Of a stretch of 64,000 nucleotides of DNA, positions 54,538-64,000 are shown in pieces. This stretch comes from Macrostomum lignano (taxonomy: Eukaryota). Every line of letters begins with the position of its first letter. Positions within the stretch are counted from its first letter, which is position 1. The notes beneath the pieces are model-generated. The model made no database searches and was not told the DNA's origin. It saw only the letters and a list, made by a program, of their open reading frames with translations. Location: contig NIVC01000048.1 in the NCBI GenBank assembly GCA_002269645.1, positions 269,491 to 333,490 on the forward strand, read 5' to 3'. The position numbers and the translations under genes are program-made.

Positions 54538-57500
54538 ATGCAGGTTGATCACGAGATCAGTGCTGATGAGGCTGCCAGCACAGGAAATATCCAAGCACTC
54601 AGACATCATCTCGACCGTCAGATAGGAGAAAAGAACACATATTTTTTTTGCAAAAGGTATTTACCTGATGCTGCATCCCATGGTCACTTAGAACTGGTCA
54701 AGTTTCTCGTGCCGACAGTCGCTGACCAAAAACAAAGAGATTATTGCTGCATCAAAGCTGCCGAATCTGCTGCAGTGAAGGGCCACATTGAAATCGTCAA
54801 GTTTCTCGTGCCGACAGTCGCTGACCAAACAAAAAGAGATGATTGCTGCATCAAAGCTGCCGAATATGCTGCAGTGAAGGGCCACATTGAAATCGTCAAG
54901 TTTCTCGTGCCGACAGTCGCTGCGCAAACAATAAGAGATGATTGCTGCATCAAAGCTGCCGGATCTGCTGGCAGATATGGCCACATTGAAATCGTCAAGT
55001 TTCTCGTGCCGACAGTCGCTGACCAAACAAAAAGAGATGATTGCTGCATCAAAGCTGCCGGATCTGCTGGCAGATATGGCCACATTGAAATCGTCAAGTT
55101 TCTCGTGCCGACAGTCGCTGACCAAACAAAAAGAGATGATTGCTGCATCAAAGCTGCCGAATATGCTGCAGTGAAGGGCCACATTGAAATCGTCAAGTTT
55201 CTCGTGCCGACAGTCGCTGACCAAACAATAAGAGATGATTGCTGCATCAAAGCTGCCGGATCTGCTGGCAGATATGGCCACATTGAAATCGTCAAGTTTC
55301 TCGTGCCGACAGTCGCTGACCAAACAAAAAGAGATGATTGCTGCATCAAAGCTGCCGAATATGCTGCAATCAAGGGCCACATTGAAATCGTCAAGTTTCT
55401 CGTGCCGACAGTCGCTGACCAAACAAAAAGAGATGATTGCTGCATCAAAGCTGCCGGATCTGCTGGCAGATATGGCCACATTGAAATCGTCAAGTTTCTC
55501 GTGCCGACAGTCGCTGACCAAACAAAAAGAGATGATTGCTGCATCAAAGCTGCCGAATCTGCTGGCAGAGATGGCCACATTGAAATCGTCAAGTTTCTCT
55601 TGCCGACAGTCGCTGACCAAACAATAAGAGATGATTGCTGCATCAAAGCTGCCGGATCTGCTGGCAGATATGGCCACATTGAAATCGTCAAGTTTCTCGT
55701 GCCGACAGTCGCTGACCAAACAAAAAGAGATGATTGCTGCATCAAAGCTGCCGGATCTGCTGGCAGATATGGCCACATTGAAATCGTCAAGTTTCTCGTG
55801 CCGACAGTCGCTGACCAAACAAAAAGAGATGATTGCTGCATCAAAGCTGCCGAATCTGCTGGCAGAGATGGCCACATTGAAATCGTCAAGTTTCTCGTGC
55901 CGACAGTCGCTGACCAAACAAAAAGAGATGATTGCTGCATCAAAGCTGCCGAATCTGCTGGCAGAAATGGCCACATTGAAATCGTCAAGTTTCTCGTGCC
56001 GACAGTCGCTGACCAAACAAAAAGAGATGATTGCTGCATCAAAGCTGCCAAATCTGCTGCAGACGAGGGCCACATTGAAATCGTCAAGTTTCTCGTGCCG
56101 ACAGTCGCGGACCAAACAAAAAGAGATGATTGCTGCATCAAAGCTGCCAAATCTGCTGCAGACGAGGGCCACATTGAAATCGTCAAGTTTCTCGTGCCGA
56201 CAGTCGCGGACCAAACAAAAAGAGATGATTGCTGCATCAAAGCTGCCAAATCTGCTGCAGACGAGGGCCACATTGAAATCGTCAAGTTTCTCGTGCCGAC
56301 AGTCGCTGACCAAACAAAAAGAGATGATTGCCGCATCAAAGCTGCCGAATATGCTGCAGTGAAGGGCCACATTGAAATCGTCAAGTTTCTCGTGCCGACA
56401 GTCGCTGACCAAACAAAAAGAGATGATTGCTGCATCAAAGCTGCCGCATCTGCTGCATTCAATGGCCACATTGAAATCGTCAAGTTTCTCGTGCCGACAG
56501 TCGCGGACCAAACAAAAAGAGATGATTGCCGCATCAAAGCTGCCGAATCTGCTGGCAGAAATGGTCACTTTGAAATCGTCAAGTTTCTCGTGCCGACAGT
56601 CGCTGACCAAACAAAAAGAGATGATTGCTGCATCAAAGCTGCCAAATCTGCTGCAGACGAGGGCCACATTGAAATCGTCAAGTTTCTCGTGCCGACAGTC
56701 GCGGACCAAACAAAAAGAGATGATTGCCGCATCAAAGCTGCCGAATCTGCTGGCAGAAATGGTCACTTTGAAATCGTCAAGTTTCTCGTGCTGACAGTCG
56801 CGGACCAAACAAAAAGAGATGATTGCTGCATCAAAGCTGCCGCATCTGCTGCATTCAATGGCCACATTGAAATCGTCAAGTTTCTCGTGCCGACAGTCGC
56901 TGACCAAACAAAAAGAGATGATTGCTGCATCAAAGCTGCCGAATATGCTGCAGTGAAGGGCCACATGGAAATCGTCAAGTTTCTCGTGCCGACAGTCGCG
57001 GACCAAACAAAAAGAGATGATTGCTGCATCAAAGCTGCCAAATCTGCTGCAGACGAGGGCCACATTGAAATCGTCAAGTTTCTCGTGCCGACAGTCGCTG
57101 ACCAAACAAAAAGAGATGATTGCTGCATCAAAGCTGCCGAATATGCTGCAATCAAGGGCCACATTGAAATCGTCAAGTTTCTCGTGCCGACAGTCGCTGA
57201 CCAAACAAAAAGAGATGATTGCTGCATCAAAGCTGCCGAATCTGCTGCAGTGAAGGGCCACATTGAAATCGTCAAGTTTCTCGTGCCGACAGTCGCTGAC
57301 CAAACAAAAAGAGATGATTGCTGCATCAAAGCTGCCGAATATGCTGCAGTGAAGGGCCACATTGAAATCGTCAAGTTTCTCGTGCCGACAGTCGCTGACC
57401 AAACAATAAGAGATGATTGCTGCATCAAAGCTGCCGGATCTGCTGGCAGATATGGCCACATTGAAATCGTCAAGTTTCTCGTGCCGACAGTCGCTGACCA

Positions 57501-59981
57501 AACAAAAAGAGATGATTGCTGCATCAAAGCTGCCAAATCTGCTGCAGACGAGGGCCACATTGAAATCGTCAAGTTTCTCGTGCCGACAGTCGCGGACCAA
57601 ACAAAAAGAGATGATTGCTGCATCAAAGCTGCCAAATCTGCTGCAGACGAGGGCCACATTGAAATCGTCAAGTTTCTCGTGCCGACAGTCGCTGACCAAA
57701 CAAAAAGAGATGATTGCCGCATCAAAGCTGCCGAATATGCTGCAGTGAAGGGCCACATTGAAATCGTCAAGTTTCTCGTGCCGACAGTCGCTGACCAAAC
57801 AAAAAGAGATGATTGCTGCATCAAAGCTGCCGCATCTGCTGCATTCAATGGCCACATTGAAATCGTCAAGTTTCTCGTGCCGACAGTCGCGGACCAAACA
57901 AAAAGAGATGATTGCCGCATCAAAGCTGCCGAATCTGCTGGCAGAAATGGTCACTTTGAAATCGTCAAGTTTCTCGTGCCGACAGTCGCTGACCAAACAA
58001 AAAGAGATGATTGCTGCATCAAAGCTGCCAAATCTGCTGCAGACGAGGGCCACATTGAAATCGTCAAGTTTCTCGTGCCGACAGTCGCGGACCAAACAAA
58101 AAGAGATGATTGCCGCATCAAAGCTGCCGAATCTGCTGGCAGAAATGGTCACTTTGAAATCGTCAAGTTTCTCGTGCTGACAGTCGCGGACCAAACAAAA
58201 AGAGATGATTGCTGCATCAAAGCTGCCGCATCTGCTGCATTCAATGGCCACATTGAAATCGTCAAGTTTCTCGTGCCGACAGTCGCTGACCAAACAAAAA
58301 GAGATGATTGCTGCATCAAAGCTGCCGAATATGCTGCAGTGAAGGGCCACATGGAAATCGTCAAGTTTCTCGTGCCGACAGTCGCGGACCAAACAAAAAG
58401 AGATGATTGCTGCATCAAAGCTGCCAAATCTGCTGCAGACGAGGGCCACATTGAAATCGTCAAGTTTCTCGTGCCGACAGTCGCTGACCAAACAAAAAGA
58501 GATGATTGCCGCATCAAAGCTGCCGAATATGCTGGCAGATATGGCCACATTGAAATCGTCAAGTTTCTCGTGCCGACAGTCGCTGACCAAACAAAAAGAG
58601 ATGATTGCTGCATCAAAGCTGCCGCATCTGCTGCATTCAATGGCCACATTGAAATCGTCAAGTTTCTCGTGCCGACAGTCGCGGACCAAACAAAAAGAGA
58701 TGATTGCCGCATCAAAGCTGCCGAATCTGCTGGCAGAAATGGTCACTTTGAAATCGTCAAGTTTCTCGTGCCGACAGTCGCTGACCAAACAAAAAGAGAT
58801 GATTGCTGCATCAAAGCTGCCGGATCTGCTGGCAGATATGGCCACATTGAAATCGTCAAGTTTCTCGTGCCGACAGTCGCGGACCAAACAAAAAGAGATG
58901 ATTGCCGCATCAAAGCTGCCGAATCTGCTGGCAGAAATGGTCACTTTGAAATCGTCAAGTTTCTCGTGCTGACAGTCGCGGACCAAACAAAAAGAGATGA
59001 TTGCTGCATCAAAGCTGCCGAATCTGCTTACAGTAATGGTCACTTTGAAATCGTCAAGTTTCTCGTGCCGACAGTCGCTGACCAAACAAAAAGAGATGAT
59101 TGCTGCATCAAAGCTGCCGAATATGCTGCAGTGAAGGGCCACATGGAAATCGTCAAGTTTCTCGTGCCGACAGTCGCGGACCAAACAAAAAGAGATGATT
59201 GCTGCATCAAAGCTGCCGCATCTGCTGGCAGATATGGCCACATGGAAATCGTCAAGTTTCTTGTGCCGACAGTCGCCGACCAAACAAAAAGAGATGATTG
59301 GTGCATCAAAGCTGCCGAATCTGCTGCAAGCAATGGTCTGCAGGATGTCGTCGAGTTTCTTATCTCGTTTCTCTCAAGTCCCGATCAGAGAGCGAATCTC
59401 CGTTTCCAATGCGCAGTCGCGACTTGCTCTCGTCTTCACGAAGATGTCGCTGCCTTCCTTGGCCTAGAGCCCGACTGGCTCTTCCAATCCAGCACCATCC
59501 TCAGCTTCACTGCAGCAATGGCCATCGAAGGCAGGAACTCTGTTCTCACCGACACCCTATCTCGAATGCAGCCACCTCACATCACACAGCTGCTCCGTCT
59601 CTCCATCTCTCAAAGACACGTCGCTCTTGCTGTCACAATTGCTGTCACACTGATCAATGATGAGCGAGTCAGCACACAGCATGTCGATCTCCCAGAAGAC
59701 AGCACTGGAGCCACTGCTCTCATGCTGGCAGCTGATGCAGGTCATCATGAGCTCATTGAGAAACTCATCGATCTCGGTGCGTCAGTGCGTGCTGAAGACA
59801 GTCAGGGTCGGACTGCTCTGTCACGAGCGTGCGAAGCCGGTCATGTGCGAGCAGCCAAGGCTCTGATGGACAGAGGAGCGGATGCGAGTCATCGAGACGG
59901 TCGGGGTCAGACGTGTGCGCAGGTGGCACAGCGATTTGAGCAGCAGCAGGTGCTGCGGCTGCTTCATCCCAGTGAAGCGGG
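54538..59981 (+). CDS. Giant ankyrin-repeat exon (~1815 aa): N-cap, 47 x 33-aa ankyrin-like repeats, spacer, ~3 canonical ankyrin repeats
   Basis: Single open frame. Repeat unit GHIEIVKFLVPTVADQTKRDDCCIKAA+6 variable aa; C-terminal GATALMLAA..GRTALSRAC..GQTCAQVA. It ends at the donor GG|GTGAGT (59981/59982), and a candidate upstream acceptor ctttctag lies at 54508. Confidence 0.88.
54763..59334 (+). repeat. Coding tandem array of 99-bp units (47 variable cassettes)
   Basis: The first and last cassettes are 4554 bp = 46 x 99 apart. Confidence 0.97.
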
Positions 59982-60240
59982 GTGAGTGAGGCAATGTTAT
60001 TGCTTGTAAAAATTCTTGCAATAGAAAATGCAATTGGCAGAAGTAGAAAACAAAGGGAACAAGAAAAGAGGTGAGCCAGAAAAATGGGAGAAAAAGAGAA
60101 AACAGAAAAAAGACGCAACAAGAACGCCCCCATCCGCTTTTTGAATTTTTTCTACTTCGAGAGAAACTTCTGGTGCATGACAATCTCCGACTCAACTGCT
60201 GTGAGAAGTGAGAACCCTTACTTTCCTTCCTGCATTGCAG

Positions 60241-60294
60241 TAGCCCAGAGGCCCGGCAGGCAGCCGCTCACCGCTTGGAGTCGGGCCGCCATCG
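60241..60294 (+). CDS. Putative 54-nt linker exon between the ankyrin and Mab-21 exons
   Basis: Strong acceptor ctttccttcctgcattgcag and donor GTGAGT; open in phase 2 (SPEARQAAAHRLESGRH). Confidence 0.45.
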
Positions 60295-60402
60295 GTGAGT
60301 CTGACCGGTTCGGCTTTCACTGCCTCATTGCACCTTCCAACAGGCTGGCAGCTTGGGGCAGAAATTGCAGCGAAACTCGGCAGGGATGAGATTGGGTTGG
60401 AC

Positions 60403-60841
60403 TGAGTGCTGCAGCAGCTGCACTCTCAGCTCTCCTGCTTGAGATGCCAGTCTGAGTGCTGCAGCAGCTGCACTCTCAGCTCTCCTGCTTGAGATGCCAG
60501 TCTGAGTGCTGCAGCAGCTGCACTCTCAGCTCTCCTGCTTGAGATGCCAGTCTGAGTGCTGCAGCAGCTGCACTCTCAGCTCTCCTGCTTGAGATGCCAG
60601 TCTGAGTGCTGCAGCAGCTGCACTCTCAGCTCTCCTGCTTGAGATGCCAGTCTGAGTGCTGCAGCAGCTGCACTCTCAGCTCTCCTGCTTGAGATGCCAG
60701 TCTGAGTGCTGCAGCAGCTGCACTCTCAGCTCTCCTGCTTGAGATGCCAGTCTGAGTGCTGCAGCAGCTGCACTCTCAGCTCTCCTGCTTGAGATGCCAG
60801 TCTGAGTGCTGCAGCAGCTGCACTCTCAGCTCTCCTGCTTG
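60403..60841. repeat. 50-bp tandem array (8 full + 1 partial), each unit containing ctgcactctcag|ctctcctgctt
   Basis: Identical units start at 60403, 60453, ... 60803. Confidence 0.95.
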
Positions 60842-63677
60842 TTCCGTCCATCCAACTCTGAGCAAATCTCTCACACGCATCTCGAATCGTTCCAGGCTCT
60901 CAGATGACTCTCAGCAAGACAGGCGTCTGAGTGAGGAGCTGCATCGACTGCTCAGCGAGGCGGGATTCACCGAGGAGAGAGCAAAGTGTCAGCAGAGACT
61001 GGCTGACTGGCTGGAAGAAGTCGCTCAAGTCCTCACACAGGATGACAGGCAGATGACGGGCAGCTACGCAGAGGGCTGGGCCAACAGTCTGGTGCAAGTG
61101 AACGGCAGGACAGCTGCAGACTCGGACATTGACTGGACTGTGCTGGTTGCTGGGCAAGAGTTCCATCTGGAAGGTGGCTGCGACAGAGAGGGATATCGTT
61201 CCTGCCGAGACGCCACTCGGCTGCAGGTCATGGAGGGCCACGCACAGGTGGCAGTGGGAGCAGGTGAGTGAGGCTGGGTTCATCATCAGAATGCTGAGAT
61301 CCGCATGCAACTGGAGGCCCATTAACTTTGCTCAACTTTAAATTTTGCAACCGAGTGGCGCATAGTCTCCAGCAGTTTCTGTGACTGCGAATGTCGGCTT
61401 GGGTGCTGAAATAAGCGGCAGGCGAAATTGAAAAGAAAACTTTGATGCCAACTGGCTGAGCCGGGCCATTGGGTTTTGAATTCACAGGCTCCGATTGCAG
61501 CAGAGTGGATGCAGCGGTGCTTGGGTGACCCACGGTAGGCGGCATGGCTCTGCTGAGGTGCTGCTGCTCTCACTTGGGAAATTTCAAACAAAATAAACCG
61601 AAGCCGCCCTGACTGCCTGATTGGTGCCTTGCTGCGGGGCACTGAGTTCTGATGATGCTTGAGCAGCTGTGCTGAGCTGCAACCTGATGAAGCCAGAGCA
61701 CCTGAAGCTGAAGCTGGGTGAACTCAGTGGGTGCAGAGGCTCATGCCTCACAGGTGCACTTATTTGGCTCTTCAAGAAGCGTCGAAATTCTGTGACGTCT
61801 CACCGAGCAGCTTGTGCTGTACACTGGGCCAGACGGAGAGCATTGCAACCCTCGCCACACAGCGAGAGGCGCCCCCCACTCTCACTGGAGTCTCTAACGC
61901 CTTTGCAGGCTAGGCAACGCCGCCCACAATGTACACATTTTTTATTGATATTAAATAAAAATAGCTCGTGTGTATTGATTAGTAAATGAAAATGGAGTTG
62001 CAAAAGCAAAATTCCCAACCGGCCAGGAGCAAATCTGCAGTTTCAAACCAACCCATTTTTTTCACTCGCCACAAAGCCACTCTCCGCTCACTGCGCTTTG
62101 CAGGCAGCCAACCTGCAGTGACAGCCACGGCGTGCGGTGTGCGGCCTGCACAGGACACGTGCCATGCAATCGAGTGCTGCAGCAGTTTCTGTGAGGACAG
62201 AAGTAGAAAACCGGTTCTATTCAATAACAGAGTTCACCTCGTGCGGGCGACCAGACCGAGCTCGACCAACGAGCTCAGAGTGAGCTTCAGCTTCCAAGAG
62301 AAATACATCATGGGACGGCTGAGCACAGTCCAGGGCCAGCTGTTCACACTCATCAAGTTCATCTTCAAGAGACACTTGCCGCTCACTCTGGACACACCTG
62401 GACTCAAGACCTACCATGCAAAGACACTGCTCTTTACAATGCTGGAGAAGCATGGCACAGATACCGAAACTGACGCTTGGAAGCTCCACAATCTGATCGC
62501 TCTGCTCAAGGAGTCTCTCGACTTGATGCTGAGCTTCATCGACTCGAGCAGCTCGCCCGATGAGTGCATGCCGCACTTCTTCATGCCCGACGCTCCGCTC
62601 TACTTCAAGAACGCTGGAATCGGCGGCGACTTCGACAATACGAAGGCGAGGGTTCGAGACGGACTTTTTGAGCTGAGAAGCGACATCGGTGGAGTGGTCG
62701 AGCAGCTGAGGAGACTCGTGAGACCTCTGCAGTCAGAGAAGTTCTACTTTCACCCGTTCACTCTGCTGCCTCTGACAGCGCCGCCTGCTGTCACTGAGAT
62801 CAGGGAAGGAAGTGGCTACACAGAAATGTACTACAATTTCGCAGACGTGTACAGTATGGTGCACCAGTGTGTGAGCGAGCTGCAGTCGGAATCAAGCAAA
62901 AGATACACCCTGATGAGGCAGCTCAGTCTCCTGCATGAGCTGCAGTGGTGCAAGTGCGCCGCCCTGTGCATGACCGCAATGGCGCATTTGAAGTTCAGAG
63001 AATCTGAGGAGGCTGAGAGACTCGCGATGGAGCTGCAGAGACATCAGGTTCAGTCAGGGTTAAAGCCACAGGGTATTCGAATTTATGAATTGCCAGCAGA
63101 CTCAGACTGGGCGTGGAGGTTCTGCCTCCCCTGCGACTCTCCGCCTCGCTTCCCATTCCTTCCCGAGTTCACGCAGACTCTGTTCACAGCCAGACTGTCG
63201 CAGCCTCTCTCCTCCCACCTGTACGTGAACTTTCGCTGCCTGAGCTGGAGTCTCCAAGCTGAGCTGCTCTGCAATCGCGCACCTGCAATTAAACTGGACG
63301 ATTGGAAGCGAGAGCTGGAAGAAGACCCGGACTTGGAGGAGCTGCTCACTCTGGCTCACTACAGCGACTGCCGCGAGCACGTGGAGCTCAGCTTGCAGCA
63401 GATGGAGATGATCGAGAAAGAGAGACGCGTCGTCATGGAGACGCAGGACGAGGAGAAGATCGGCTGGGTCAGGCAGAAGCGGTGGCGAGTTTCGAACCGC
63501 AGCGGCAGCGACAGCGGCGCTCACCGCAGCAGGGAAGATGAGGAGCGGAGGCTGTGGGCGAGGGCGAGGCTGCGGCGAGACGGGGTCGACTTGGGTCGCT
63601 TCGTTGCCATGGAAACAGCAGCGGAGCAGAGAGACAGCTGGACTCACGTCAAGCTTATTCGAATGAGACTGCAGTGA
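60830..63677 (+). CDS. Mab-21/cGAS-like (cGLR-type) nucleotidyltransferase domain, exons ~60830-61263 and 62104-63677
   Basis: NTase signature TGSYAEG..DSDIDWTV and third acidic site QDTCHAIEC. Mab-21 C-lobe RVSFSFQEKYIM..QGQLFTLIKFIFK..LKTYHAKTLLF..CMPHFF. The phase-1 junction CAG|GTGAGT / ctttgcag|GC keeps frame. The 5' boundary of the first exon is uncertain. Confidence 0.8.
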
Positions 63678-63883
63678 CCTGAGGACTTCGTTACTCAGAT
63701 TTTTTAATTTTTCTGGACTCGAATTTCAGAACCCATAATAATGTACTTTTACCGTTTGGCTTCCTTGACTTTCTTCTGTTAAATTCAGTTGAGTCCGTAA
63801 GTTTTAGAATTTGTATTTCAACTATTTTTGCTAATTTTCTGTGAATTATCTTTAATATCATAATATGCAATGGTTATGAATAT

Positions 63884-64000
63884 TGTCTGCACATGCTGTT
63901 GGATTGTCTGCACATGCTGTTGGATTGTCTGCACATGCTGTTGGATTGACCGCACATGCTGTTGGCTTGTCTGCACATGCTGTTGGATTGACTGCACATG
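63884..64000. repeat. 21-bp minisatellite (ttgtctgcacatgctgttgga), runs off the window end
   Basis: About 5.5 copies visible. Confidence 0.9.

Noticed and set aside
54688-59283. 1531-aa antisense ORF and other alternate-frame ORFs over the ankyrin array
   Set aside because: A stop-free 99-bp unit repeated in tandem keeps the frame open automatically, and no recognisable domain is present.
54763-59334. CRISPR-like look: constant repeat alternating with short variable segments
   Set aside because: The unit is an exact 33-codon multiple in an open frame, the variable parts are only 18 nt and are reused many times, the context is eukaryotic, and there are no cas genes.

Overview
Repeat-rich animal (eukaryotic) genomic DNA with spliceosomal GT-AG introns, tRNA-derived SINEs, MITEs, hAT elements and Ty3/gypsy LTR elements. 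It resembles a free-living flatworm such as Macrostomum, but that is an unverified impression. Housekeeping genes with phase-consistent exon models are RNFT1/2-like (2 exons), ADPGK (3 exons) and TYMS (2 exons, with a hAT element in its intron). A 14-27 kb cluster holds two intact secreted PAN+C-type lectin genes, three pseudogenised copies and a PAN+ConA/LamG-like gene with an in-frame TGA. A 4-exon orphan gene with LIM-like zinc fingers lies at 27.9-30.9 kb. A decayed Mag-type gypsy relic and a full-length but crippled gypsy element (251-bp LTRs) fill 36.5-51.4 kb. The most striking locus is 54.5-63.7 kb. It carries 47 near-identical 99-bp ankyrin-like repeats whose variation is concentrated in a 6-residue cassette, then canonical ankyrins, then a Mab-21/cGAS-like nucleotidyltransferase with apparently intact catalytic acidic residues. 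The two parts are separated by nine tandem copies of a 3' splice site. This is a candidate diversified repeat-sensor cGLR immune receptor. All coordinates were derived by eye from the sequence and ORF track; no database searches were run.
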